A stretch of 64,000 bases of DNA from an uncultured Solirubrobacterales bacterium. Lineage in GTDB: Bacteria; Actinomycetota; Thermoleophilia; Solirubrobacterales; Solirubrobacteraceae. The notes under the pieces were generated by a model. The model searched no databases. It saw only the letters and a list, made by a program, of their open reading frames with translations, and was not told the origin of the DNA. The stretch's first letter is position 1. Each line of letters starts with the position of its first letter. Position numbers and translations under genes: made by a program. This document shows, one piece after another, positions 40,644 to 50,244 of this stretch. The stretch covers positions 69,399 to 133,398 of the forward strand of contig CAVWQA010000006.1 in NCBI GenBank assembly GCA_963757015.1. The letters are read 5' to 3'.

Positions 40644-42035
40644 TCAGGCGCCGTGTGGAGCGATCGCGATCGTGCGGGTCGACGAGTAGAACTGCAACGC
40701 GGCCGTGCCCTGTTCGCGCAGGCCGTAGCTGGAATCCTTCTCGCCGCCGAACGGGGCATAGAAGTCGACGCCGGTCGTGGGGGCGTTGACCTTGATCAGT
40801 CCGGTATCGAGGCGGTGGGTGGCCGCCAGCAGCCGGTCGAGATCCCGGCCGTGAACGCTGGTCACCAGCCCGTAGCGAACGCCGTTGGCGATCCGCACGG
40901 CCTCGTCGGTATCGGCTGCGGTCATGATCGTGACCAGCGGCCCGAAGGTCTCCTCCTGAGTCAGGCGATGCTCGGGGCCGAGGCCATCGACGAGCGTTGG
41001 CTGGATGAACCAGCCGTCTAGCTCCGGGACCTCTCCGCCGGCCAGAATCCGGGCTCCCGCGGAGCGCCCGAGGGAGATCGCCTCGACCACGTCCTTGCGC
41101 GCGTACTCGGTGATGACCGGGCCCACGGTGGTGTCGGGCGCCTCGGGCGCCGCGGGACGCAGGCCGCGTACCGTGGCCACAAAGGCTTCGACGAAGTCGT
41201 GATGGGAACCGACGACGATCACGCGACGGGTTGCCGTGCACTTCTGGCCCGCGTATCCCATCGCGGCGCCGGCCACGATCGCCGCCGTAAGGGAAGGATC
41301 GGCGTCGTCGAACACGATCGCCGCGTTCTGGCCTCCCATCTCACACTGGGCGGGAATCCCGCGCTGCCCGGCGTGCGCCGCCACCGAGCGCCCGACGGCA
41401 TCAGAGCCGGTGAACGAGACGCCGTCGACGCCGTCCATCAAGGTTCGAGCCACCTCGCCGCCACCGTAGACAACGCTGAACACGTGCTCGCCCACGTGCG
41501 GAGCGAGGATGCGCTCGAGCAGCGCGGCACAGGCGGGCGCCTCGGACGATGGCTTGAGCAGCACCGCATTCCCGCAGGCGAGCGCGGGCGCGGTCTTCCA
41601 GAGCGGGATCGCGAGCGGAAAGTTCCACGGGGTGATCATGGCCACCACCCCCAACGGCATGCGTTTGGTGAACAACAAGCCGCCCAGGGACGGCGGATAC
41701 TGCTCGCCTACGGCGGCGAAGCACGCCTGCGCGTAGTAATCGAGGATCGAGATCGCGCGAGCCACCTCGCCGGCTGCCTCGCCGGCCGGCTTGCCCACTT
41801 CGCGCACCACCAGCGCCGTCGCCTCTTCCCGTCGGGAGCGCAGCTCGTCGGCCGCGGCCGCGAGCGCTCCGGCGCGACCCGCGGCGCCCCGGCTCCACCA
41901 TTCGCGCTGGGCCGACCGCGCGGCGGCCACCGCCTGCTCGGTCTCGGCCGTCGAGGCGATGCCGAACTCACCCACGAGCTCGCTGGGAGCCTGGGGCGAG
42001 AAGGATTCCAGCCGCTCAGCGCTGACCGCCGCCAT
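40644..42035 (-). CDS. Aldehyde dehydrogenase (possibly 2,5-dioxopentanoate dehydrogenase)
   Basis: ITPWNFP, SFTGS, EMGGQN, GQKCTA, EETFGP, PFGGEK. Confidence 0.9.
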   Translation of the reverse strand: MAAVSAERLESFSPQAPSELVGEFGIASTAETEQAVAAARSAQREWWSRGAAGRAGALAAAADELRSRREEATALVVREVGKPAGEAAGEVARAISILDYYAQACFAAVGEQYPPSLGGLLFTKRMPLGVVAMITPWNFPLAIPLWKTAPALACGNAVLLKPSSEAPACAALLERILAPHVGEHVFSVVYGGGEVARTLMDGVDGVSFTGSDAVGRSVAAHAGQRGIPAQCEMGGQNAAIVFDDADPSLTAAIVAGAAMGYAGQKCTATRRVIVVGSHHDFVEAFVATVRGLRPAAPEAPDTTVGPVITEYARKDVVEAISLGRSAGARILAGGEVPELDGWFIQPTLVDGLGPEHRLTQEETFGPLVTIMTAADTDEAVRIANGVRYGLVTSVHGRDLDRLLAATHRLDTGLIKVNAPTTGVDFYAPFGGEKDSSYGLREQGTAALQFYSSTRTIAIAPHGA

Positions 42036-42041
42036 CTCGCC

Positions 42042-42938
42042 TCAGTTCAGCCCCGAGGCCAGCGCCTGCTCGGTGAGGCGGCGCACCTCGGCCTCCTGTG
42101 CGGGGGCGAGCGGGAGCCGCGGTGGGCGGCAACGGCCTCCATCACGACCGACTATGTCCATCGAAAGCTTGATCGCCTGCACGAACTCGGTCTTCGAATC
42201 CCATCTCAGCAACGGGTGCAGTAAACGATAGAGAGGTAGCGCGGTTTTGACGTCCGCGGCCACCGAGGCGCGGTAGAGATCAACGCACGAGCGCGGGAAG
42301 GCGCTGGTGAAGCCCGAGATCCACCCCTTGGCTCCGGCCAGCGCGATCTCCAGCACGGTGTCGTCGGAGCCGATCAGCACATCGAGCTCGGGCGCCAGTT
42401 CGCGAACCGCGTAGGCTCGGCGCGGGTCCCCGGCGAACTCCTTGACGGCCACGATCAGGCCCTCGCCGTGCAGTCGCGAGAGCACTGCGGGCCCCAGGTC
42501 GACCTTGGTATCGAACGGATTGTTGTAGGCCACGACCGGCATTCCTACGGCCGCGAGCGACCGGTAGTGCTCGACGACGCTGCGCTCGTCGGCGCGATAG
42601 GAGTTTGGCGGCAGCGCCATCACCGCGGCGGCGCCGGCCTCGGCTGCCTGCTCGGCCCAGCGGACGGATTCGCCCGAGCCGTAGGCCCCCACCGCAGGGA
42701 TGACGTCGAATCCCTCCGGTGCTGCCTCCATGGCGGTGGTTACGACTCGGGCTCGCTCCTCGTCGGTCAGGGTCTGGTACTCGCCGAGCGAGCCGTTGGG
42801 AGTCACACCGTCACAACCGGATGAGGCCAGCCAGGCGATGTGTTCCCCGTAGCGATCGAAATCGATCTCGAGGTTCTCATCAAGGGTCACCGGGTTGGCG
42901 ACCAGGACCCCGTGCCAGGGCTTGCCGTTCACAGCCAT
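42042..42938 (-). CDS. Dihydrodipicolinate synthase-family lyase (LhpC-like deaminase candidate)
   Basis: NGSLGE, YNNP, Schiff-base AVKEF, GSDD, FVQAIKL. Confidence 0.85.
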   Translation of the reverse strand: MAVNGKPWHGVLVANPVTLDENLEIDFDRYGEHIAWLASSGCDGVTPNGSLGEYQTLTDEERARVVTTAMEAAPEGFDVIPAVGAYGSGESVRWAEQAAEAGAAAVMALPPNSYRADERSVVEHYRSLAAVGMPVVAYNNPFDTKVDLGPAVLSRLHGEGLIVAVKEFAGDPRRAYAVRELAPELDVLIGSDDTVLEIALAGAKGWISGFTSAFPRSCVDLYRASVAADVKTALPLYRLLHPLLRWDSKTEFVQAIKLSMDIVGRDGGRCRPPRLPLAPAQEAEVRRLTEQALASGLN

Positions 42939-43007
42939 CCGAGCCGGTAGTATTTCACATGGCACAGGATGCGGCGGGGAGCGCTGGCTCCGCGTTAGGT
43001 TGGGCCG

Positions 43008-43781
43008 ATGCGGATCGCGGTGCTGGCCGACGTGCACGGGAACCTCCCGGCGCTGCGGGCGGTGCTGGCGGACGTCGATCGTGAGGGCGTGGAGGCGATC
43101 GTGAGTGCGGGTGATCTGGTCGCTGGTCCCCTGGTCCGCGAATCGCTCGAGCTCCTGGCGGCACGGCCGGAGCCGATCTGGTGGGTGCGGGGAAACGCTG
43201 AGCGCGAGGCGGTGGATGCCTTCGATGGCCAGCCGGTGACAGACGATGCCGTCGGACGGGCCGCCACCTGGAGCGCGCAGGCGCTAGACCAGCGGTGGCG
43301 CGACGAGCTGGCCGCGTGGCCGATCAGCCTCGAGCTCGACGGCGTGGTGTTCTGCCACGGCACGCCGCGCAGCGAGGACGAGATGATCACTTCGGCGACG
43401 CCCGACGCGGTGGTGCTGGATGCTCTTGCCGGTGTCGGAGCGCGACTGGTCGTGGGCGGGCACACCCACCGGCAGTTCATTCGTCCGCTGCGCGGGGGGA
43501 TGGTATATGCCAACGCCGGCAGCGTCGGACTGCCGTACGAGGGACGCCAAGGCGCTTTCTGGATGATCGTCGACGCCGCTGGGCCCGAACTGCGCACGAC
43601 CGGCTATGACCTCGACGTGGCGCTGAGCGAGCTCCGAGCCTCGGGCTTTCCAGACCTCGACGGTCATCTTGCCGATTCGCTGGTAGAGCCGGTGGATCCC
43701 GATTGGGTGGCGGCGTTCTTCGAGCACCGCGTGGGTCGGGGCGAGGATCCGGGGGAGCCGAGCCGGGCCGGCCGCGAGTGA
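43008..43781 (+). CDS. Metallophosphoesterase (YfcE-like)
   Basis: DVHGN, GDLV, RGN, CHG, GHTH, NAGSVG. Confidence 0.9.
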   Translation: MRIAVLADVHGNLPALRAVLADVDREGVEAIVSAGDLVAGPLVRESLELLAARPEPIWWVRGNAEREAVDAFDGQPVTDDAVGRAATWSAQALDQRWRDELAAWPISLELDGVVFCHGTPRSEDEMITSATPDAVVLDALAGVGARLVVGGHTHRQFIRPLRGGMVYANAGSVGLPYEGRQGAFWMIVDAAGPELRTTGYDLDVALSELRASGFPDLDGHLADSLVEPVDPDWVAAFFEHRVGRGEDPGEPSRAGRE

Positions 43782-43984
43782 CGAGCGTCTACCGCCGCTA
43801 CGCCCGCGCCTAAAGCGAGCCAGCGAAAAGCACCTCCGCCAGCGCGCCACCACCCGGCGAGCACGAGCAGAAGACGGCGACGGGCGGGTGTCGCGAGCGC
43901 CGCCAGCACAAGTCGCGTCGCATGCGCCCGACCCAGCGCCTCACACCCACGATCAGCGCTCCTTGTGCTGGGGGCCGCTCGCGA

Positions 43985-45493
43985 TCACCCGGCCGCCCGA
44001 CGTATGAAATGCTGGTCGCCTCGCCGAATCGTCACGCGCTCGGCGTCGAGGTGCTCGAGCAGTGCCTGGGCGAACTTGCGCGAGGTCCCAAGCTCATCCC
44101 GCAACTGCGCGATCGTGATCGCGCCGTCGTGCCGGGCGGCGGACTCGATGACCAGCCGCCTGACGGTCGCGAGCGTATCCGGGTGGTAGTGCAGCGAGCG
44201 CGTGACCCGGACCGCCCGGCCCGCCTCGCGCAGCGCGGCCAGATCGCCGGCGTCGAGCTCTGAGTCAAGCGGGGGTTCAAAGCCAGCCGTGCGCAGCCGG
44301 GCTTCGAGCTCGAGCGCCGATGCGCCCAGCACCGGCGCCGGCCTGGCCGGCGCGGCCGTCACGGCATCTACCTCGGGCGCCGCCGCCGTCTCGAGCTCGC
44401 CCTCCCCGGCAGCCAGACGCGTCAACCGCGCGACCAGCTCGCGGCTTGCCCGGTGCTTGCCCGGGTGGGCGTCCAGCACCCGCCCGCCGCCGAGCGTGTC
44501 CGGCGGGGCGATCCTGCGGATGACCACACGATCTCCGGCAGCGGCGATCAGGGGCCGCTCGAGCCGGATCTGCCAGAAGCGCTCGCCCAGCCCGACCATC
44601 CGCGCGGGCGACTCGCGGGTGCCGTGGTGAACCTGGACTCGCGTACCGGTCTCGACCTCCATGCCCCCCGCGAACTCCAGCTCGGCGTCGAGCAGGTAGG
44701 TCTGGCGCACGTCGCCGCCGGGCCCGACGACAACGTCTCCGCGCGCGACCTCGTCGACCGACAGGCCGCTGAGGTTGACCGCCACGCGCTGGCCCGCCGC
44801 CGCCCGGTCAACGTGCACGTCGTGCACCTGCACTTCTCGGGCCCGCGCGCGCCGTGTCCCCGGCAGCACCGCCAAGGCGTCGGCGCGCGCGATGGAGCCC
44901 GACCACAGGGTTCCCGTGACCACCGTCCCGGCGCCCCTGATCGTGAACACGCGATCGACATGAAGTCGGGCCGCACCCGGCAGCGCTGCCCGGCTGGCCA
45001 GCGTGGAAGCGACTCGATCAAGGGCCGCCCTCAGCTCGTCCAGGCCGGCCCCGGTGCGCCCGGAAACGGCAACCACCTCCGCCTCCGGCAGCAGCTCGCT
45101 CGCCTCGAGCATGGCCAGCTCGGGATCGGCGATGTCGCTCTTGGTCACGGCCACGACGCCGCGACTGACGTCGAGCGCGCGCAGCACGGCGGCGTGCTCG
45201 CGCGTCTGGGGCATGACGCCGTCGTCGGCGGCGATGACCATCAGATACAGGTCGATGCCGGTGGCGCCGGCGACCATCGTGCGCACGTAGCGCTCGTGGC
45301 CGGGCACGTCGACGATCGACAGCCGTGTCCCGCTGGGAAGCGACAGGCTCGCGTAGCCCAGCTCGATCGAGATTCCGCGCTCGTGCTCCTCGGGCAGGCG
45401 GTCGGTGTCGACTCCGGTCAGGGCGCCGATCAGCGCCGTCTTGCCGTGATCGATGTGACCCGCCGTGCCGAGCGTCAGCGGCGCGTCGCTCAT
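43985..45493 (-). CDS. selB: Selenocysteine-specific elongation factor
   Basis: GTAGHIDHGKT, DRLPEE, DVPGHE, TKSD, C-terminal GTSRKFAQALLEHLD winged helix. Confidence 0.95.
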   Translation of the reverse strand: MSDAPLTLGTAGHIDHGKTALIGALTGVDTDRLPEEHERGISIELGYASLSLPSGTRLSIVDVPGHERYVRTMVAGATGIDLYLMVIAADDGVMPQTREHAAVLRALDVSRGVVAVTKSDIADPELAMLEASELLPEAEVVAVSGRTGAGLDELRAALDRVASTLASRAALPGAARLHVDRVFTIRGAGTVVTGTLWSGSIARADALAVLPGTRRARAREVQVHDVHVDRAAAGQRVAVNLSGLSVDEVARGDVVVGPGGDVRQTYLLDAELEFAGGMEVETGTRVQVHHGTRESPARMVGLGERFWQIRLERPLIAAAGDRVVIRRIAPPDTLGGGRVLDAHPGKHRASRELVARLTRLAAGEGELETAAAPEVDAVTAAPARPAPVLGASALELEARLRTAGFEPPLDSELDAGDLAALREAGRAVRVTRSLHYHPDTLATVRRLVIESAARHDGAITIAQLRDELGTSRKFAQALLEHLDAERVTIRRGDQHFIRRAAG

Positions 45494-46818
45494 GGCGGCG
45501 CGAGTGCGTCTGCGACCGCGTGCACGACAAGCTCCAGTTCGTCGTCGGTGAGCGTGCGCGGGTCGAGCACCACCCGGCCATCGTGGATTCGCGCGATCAC
45601 CGGTGGATTGCATTCCCGCAGACGGGCGGCGATCAGCTCCGGGGCCGCCGCGGACTCGAGCGCCACGGCCGGTCCCTCGAGCTCGGTCAGCGGCAGCGAA
45701 CCGCCACCGGCCCGGGCCACGGTCCGGATCAGCTGCGCCGCGTCCCCGATCCCGTCGCGCAGGCGTTGCGCGCGGGTCGCGAGCACCTGCTCGGGTTGAT
45801 CGAGCATGGCCAGGACCGGGATCTCGGTCCGCGCCCGGGCCGGGTCGCGGTACAGCAAAAGAGTGGCCTCGAGTGCCGCCAATGACAGCTTGTCAATCCG
45901 CAGCGCGCGGGCCAGCGGGTGCGCCCGAGCGGCCGCGATGGCCTCGGGGGTGCCGAGCATCAGACCGGCCTGCGGGCCGCCGAGCAGCTTGTCCCCCGAG
46001 CAGCACACCAGGGCGACGCCGGCGGCGAGCGAGCGGGCCAGGTCGGGCTCGTCGCCAAGCGCAGCGACCGCCCCGCCCGACAGCACGCCAGAGCCGAGGT
46101 CGTCGATCACCGGCACGCCCAGCTCGCACAGCGCCTCGATCGAGACCTCGGCGACGAACCCCAGCGTCCGGAAATTCGACTGGTGCACGCGCAGGATCGC
46201 CCCCACCGGCGGACTCGCTCCCACCAGCGCCCGCTCGTAGTCGCGGCGGTTGGTGCGATTGGTGGTGCCTACCTCGATCATCGCGGAGCCCGACTGGGCG
46301 ATGACCTCGGGAATCCTGAACCCGCCCCCGATCTCGACCAGCTGGCCCCGCGAGATGACGACCCCGCGACCGGGTCCGGCGAGCGCGGCCGTGGCCAGCA
46401 ACACCGCGCCCGCGCCGTTGTTGACCGCGATCGCCGCCGGCGCGCCCGTCAGCTCGCTCAGCAGCGTCTCCACGTGCGCATGACGCGAGCCCCGCGCGCC
46501 GGACTTCAGATCGAGCTCGACGTTGCAGTAGCCCTCGGCGGCGCGCGTCACCGCTTGGCGCGCGGACTCCGACAGCGGCGCCCGGCCCAGGTTGGTGTGC
46601 ACGATCACGCCGGTGGCATTGATCACGCGCCGCAAAGATGGGGATGAGAGCGCGGCCAAGTGACCGCGGGCGCGTTGCAAGAGGCTCCCCTCGGCGTCGG
46701 CCTCGGCAAATAACAAAGACCGCTGCTCCTCGATCGCCCGCCGGGCGGCAGCCACGGCGAGCACGTGCGGCGCGTCGAGCTCGGCGGCCAGCTCGTGGAC
46801 CGCCGGCAGCGTCCTCAA
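45490..46818 (-). CDS. selA: L-seryl-tRNA(Sec) selenium transferase
   Basis: VINATGVIVHTNLGRA, VEIGGGFRIP, EVGTTN, DLGSG, SGDKLLGGPQ; start TTG 46818 (overlaps upstream stop) or GTG 46842. Confidence 0.95.
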   Translation of the reverse strand: MRTLPAVHELAAELDAPHVLAVAAARRAIEEQRSLLFAEADAEGSLLQRARGHLAALSSPSLRRVINATGVIVHTNLGRAPLSESARQAVTRAAEGYCNVELDLKSGARGSRHAHVETLLSELTGAPAAIAVNNGAGAVLLATAALAGPGRGVVISRGQLVEIGGGFRIPEVIAQSGSAMIEVGTTNRTNRRDYERALVGASPPVGAILRVHQSNFRTLGFVAEVSIEALCELGVPVIDDLGSGVLSGGAVAALGDEPDLARSLAAGVALVCCSGDKLLGGPQAGLMLGTPEAIAAARAHPLARALRIDKLSLAALEATLLLYRDPARARTEIPVLAMLDQPEQVLATRAQRLRDGIGDAAQLIRTVARAGGGSLPLTELEGPAVALESAAAPELIAARLRECNPPVIARIHDGRVVLDPRTLTDDELELVVHAVADALAPP

Positions 46819-47444
46819 CTCGGCGTCACGCCGTCGACCCACGCGCCCTCTTCCTGCTTCCAGATCGGAGCCTGGGACTTGATCCGGTCGATGATCTCGC
46901 GCCCGCCGGCGAATGCGGCATCGCGATGGGGAGCCGAGACCGCGATCGCCACCGAGGGCTCAGACAGCGGCACGATCCCAGTGCGGTGCTCGGCGGCCGC
47001 CGCGCACAGGCCGTGGCGCTCGATGGCGGCGACGACGATCTCTTCGATCTTGCGTTCGGCCATGGCAACGTAAGCCTCGTAGCGCAGCTCCGGCACCTCG
47101 CGCGTCACCCCGAGGAACGTCACCACCGCCCCCGCCCGGGGGTCGCGGACGCGCTGCACCAGCGGGTCCAGAGCGAGGGGTTCCGCTGTCACCCGCACGT
47201 GGGCGACCCCGACCGAGCCGCCCGACACGGGTGGAATCAACGCCAACTCGTCGCCGGAGCCGAGCGGCTGGTCCTCGTCGGCGTATTCGTGATTGACGGC
47301 CATGACCACGGGAATGCCTCCGGTCAGGTCGTGCATCCGCGCAAGCGCTTCCCCGACGCTCGCGCCCTCGGGCAACTCGAGCTCCACTTCGTCGGCGCCC
47401 GCCCGCTGGCGCAGCCCCGCGAACAGACGTACCCGTACGTGCAT
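46815..47444 (-). CDS. Fused molybdopterin synthase MoaD-MoaE (MoaX-type)
   Basis: Ubiquitin-like N-terminus ending ALIPPVSGG, followed by MoaE (GAVVTFLG, LRYEAY, HRTG, SAPHR, PIWK). Confidence 0.92.
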   Translation of the reverse strand: MHVRVRLFAGLRQRAGADEVELELPEGASVGEALARMHDLTGGIPVVMAVNHEYADEDQPLGSGDELALIPPVSGGSVGVAHVRVTAEPLALDPLVQRVRDPRAGAVVTFLGVTREVPELRYEAYVAMAERKIEEIVVAAIERHGLCAAAAEHRTGIVPLSEPSVAIAVSAPHRDAAFAGGREIIDRIKSQAPIWKQEEGAWVDGVTPS

Positions 47445-47565
47445 TGAACTGAAGGCTATCTGGCCGCTATCGGACATGTTTACGGAGGATTAAGCATCGT
47501 CTGCTTGGCGACGATGTTGCATATCCTCGCCTGACTCAGCCGGAATTCGATTCAGAAGGAGCGCT

Positions 47566-48492
47566 ATGCGCACACGGAAGAGCTGGCTCTCCGTCGCGGT
47601 CTCGCTGCTGGGCGCGGCGGCAATCGTCGGGTGTGGGAGCAGCAGCAAGACAACCACGTCGGCCGCGACGACGACGTCGGCCGCCACCAGCGCGGCGGCG
47701 GGCGGCAGCAATGCGGCGATCGCTGCGCTGGTGCCGAGCTCAATCAAGTCCAAGGGCACGATCACCGTCGCCGCCGACGCGAGCTACGCGCCGAACGAGT
47801 TCATCGGTCCCGACGGGCACACCGTGGTCGGGATGGACGCCGACCTGAGCAAGGCGATCGCGGCGCTGATGGGCCTCAAGGCGAACGTGGTCAACGCGAC
47901 CTTCGACACGATCATCCCCGGCCTGGCCGCCGGCAAGTACGACATGGGCGCCTCCTCGTTCACCGACACCAAGGCGCGCGAGAAGGTCGTCAACTTCGTC
48001 GACTACTTCAAGGCCGGAACCTCGTTCTTCACCAAGACCTCGGGCGGCGCCTCGATCAAGGGGCTGGCCGACCTGTGCGGCAAGTCAGTCTCGGTCGAGA
48101 GCGGCACGACCGAGGAGGCCGACGCCAAGGCCCAGAGCGCCAAGTGCAAGTCCGCCGGCAAGCCGGCCGTCAACGTGCTCGTGTTCCCCACCCAGACGGC
48201 CGCCAACCTGGCGCTGTCGAGCGGCCGGGCCCAGGTCTCGATGGCCGACTCCCCGGTCGCCGACTACCAGGTCAAGCAGTCGCATGGCACCTTCAAGCTC
48301 ATCGGGATCACCTACGGGACCGCTCCCTACGGCCTGGCCATTCCGAAGAGCAGCGGACTCGACAAAGCCGTACTGGCCGCGGTCAAGGAGCTGATCAAGA
48401 ACGGGACCTACAGCAAGATCATGACCAAGTGGGGGATCCAGAGCGGGGCGATCCCGTCCTCCGAGGCGAAAATCAACGGCGCCACGAGCTAA
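47566..48492 (+). CDS. Polar amino-acid ABC substrate-binding lipoprotein
   Basis: Lipobox IVGC, DASYAPNEF, FDTIIPGL, FTDTKARE. Confidence 0.92.
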   Translation: MRTRKSWLSVAVSLLGAAAIVGCGSSSKTTTSAATTTSAATSAAAGGSNAAIAALVPSSIKSKGTITVAADASYAPNEFIGPDGHTVVGMDADLSKAIAALMGLKANVVNATFDTIIPGLAAGKYDMGASSFTDTKAREKVVNFVDYFKAGTSFFTKTSGGASIKGLADLCGKSVSVESGTTEEADAKAQSAKCKSAGKPAVNVLVFPTQTAANLALSSGRAQVSMADSPVADYQVKQSHGTFKLIGITYGTAPYGLAIPKSSGLDKAVLAAVKELIKNGTYSKIMTKWGIQSGAIPSSEAKINGATS

Positions 48493-48516
48493 TAGCAGGC
48501 AAACTACAGCTCTGAG

Positions 48517-49449
48517 GTGAGTACCTCCGAGCTTTCACAACAAGCACCGGAACGGCCGGAAGAGATCAAGGCCGTTCCGGTCCGCCGACCGGGGCGGTGG
48601 ATCGCGGCCGCGATCGTGCTGCTGATCGCCGCCTCGATCGTTCGCTCGATCGTCACCGCCAAGGGGTTCGAGTGGAGCGTTGTCGGTCAGTACCTGTTCG
48701 ACCCGCGGATCCTGCGCGGCGCGTGGACGACCATCTACCTGACTTTCCTGTGCATGGTGATCGGGATCGTGCTCGGGATCATCTCCGCGGTCATGCGCCT
48801 GTCGCCCAACCCGATCGTGTCCGGCGCCAGCTGGCTCTACATCTGGTTCTTCCGCGGCACGCCGCTGCTCGTTCAGGTTCTGTTCTGGTACAACATCGCG
48901 GCGCTGTTCCCGGTGATCTCGCTGGGGGTGCCGTTCGGGGGCCCGGCGATCATCCACGAGTCGTCCAACTCGTTGATCACCCCGTTGGCCGCCGCGCTGC
49001 TGGCCCTCGGCCTCAACGAGGGGGCTTACATGGCCGAGATCGTGCGCGCGGGGATCATCTCGGTCGACGAAGGGCAGATCCAGGCCTCGCAGTCGCTGGG
49101 GATGAGCCGGCTGCAGACGATGCGGCTGATCGTGCTGCCGCAGGCGATGCGGGTGATCATCCCGCCGACCGGCAACGAGACGATCTCGATGCTCAAGAAC
49201 ACCTCACTTCTGTACGTGGCCGCCTACACCGAGCTGCTGTATTCGGTCACGCAGATCTACAACGTCAATTACCAAACGATTCCGCTGTTGATCGTCGCCA
49301 GCATCTGGTACCTGGTGATGACCAGCATCCTGTACGTCGGCCAGTACTTCATCGAGCGTCGCTACGGCCGCGGCTTCACGCGCGCCCAGCGAGCGACGAT
49401 GGCGGGGCGCTGGCTGGCCTTCGGTAACCGTGGGGCGGGAGCGACATGA
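48517..49449 (+). CDS. Polar amino-acid ABC permease
   Basis: FRGTPLLVQ, AYMAEIVRAG, LPQAMR. Confidence 0.93.
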   Translation: MSTSELSQQAPERPEEIKAVPVRRPGRWIAAAIVLLIAASIVRSIVTAKGFEWSVVGQYLFDPRILRGAWTTIYLTFLCMVIGIVLGIISAVMRLSPNPIVSGASWLYIWFFRGTPLLVQVLFWYNIAALFPVISLGVPFGGPAIIHESSNSLITPLAAALLALGLNEGAYMAEIVRAGIISVDEGQIQASQSLGMSRLQTMRLIVLPQAMRVIIPPTGNETISMLKNTSLLYVAAYTELLYSVTQIYNVNYQTIPLLIVASIWYLVMTSILYVGQYFIERRYGRGFTRAQRATMAGRWLAFGNRGAGAT

Positions 49450-50207
49450 CCGCGATGGTCAAGGCCGAGGCCGTCCACAAGCGCTTCGGGCGCCTCGAGG
49501 TGCTCAAGGGCATCGACCTCGAGGTCGCACGCGGCGAGGTGATGTGCATGCTCGGCCCATCGGGGTCAGGCAAGTCGACGTTCCTGCGCTGCATCAACCA
49601 CCTGGAGAAGATCAACGCGGGGCGCCTGTCAGTCGACGGAGATCTGGTCGGCTACCGCGAAGCCGGCGGCAAGCTTCACGAGCTGCACGAGAACGAGGTC
49701 GCGCGTAAGCGGGCCGAGATCGGGATGGTGTTCCAGAGCTTCAATCTGTTCCCGCACATGACCGCGCTCGAAAACGTGATGCTGGCGCCGGTCAAGGTCA
49801 GCGGGGTGTCGCGCGGCGAGGCCCGCAAACGGGCGGTAGACCTGCTGGCCAAGGTGGGGCTGTCCGACAAGCTCGATGTCTATCCGGTCGCCCTCTCGGG
49901 CGGCCAGCAGCAGCGGGTGGCCATCGCCCGCGCGCTGGCCATGCAGCCCAAGCTGATGCTGTTCGACGAGCCCACCTCGGCGCTCGATCCCGAGCTGGTC
50001 GGCGACGTGCTCGACGCGATGCGCCAGCTGGCCCACGACGGGATGACGATGATCGTGGTCACCCACGAGATCGGCTTCGCGCGTGAGGTCGCCGACACCG
50101 TGGTGTTCATCGACGAGGGCATCGTGGTCGAGCTGGGCAAGCCGCGCGATGTGCTCGACAACCCCCGGCATCAGCGCACCAGGGAATTTCTCTGGAAGGT
50201 GCTGTAG
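49446..50207 (+). CDS. Polar amino-acid ABC ATP-binding protein
   Basis: GPSGSGKST, LSGGQQQR, FDEPTSALD. Confidence 0.95.
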   Translation: MTAMVKAEAVHKRFGRLEVLKGIDLEVARGEVMCMLGPSGSGKSTFLRCINHLEKINAGRLSVDGDLVGYREAGGKLHELHENEVARKRAEIGMVFQSFNLFPHMTALENVMLAPVKVSGVSRGEARKRAVDLLAKVGLSDKLDVYPVALSGGQQQRVAIARALAMQPKLMLFDEPTSALDPELVGDVLDAMRQLAHDGMTMIVVTHEIGFAREVADTVVFIDEGIVVELGKPRDVLDNPRHQRTREFLWKVL

Positions 50208-50244
50208 CGGGCCTGGAGCCTGACCCCCGGTAACCTCCGGGGCG

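Noticed and set aside
43782-43984. tRNA-Sec or a small ORF downstream of selB
   Set aside because: No cloverleaf with a TCA anticodon; the ~46-codon minus-strand ORF after AAGGAG has no recognisable motif
43985-47444. UGA read-through selenoproteins near selAB
   Set aside because: The TGA stops examined end complete domains, with no conserved in-frame continuation seen; not checked computationally
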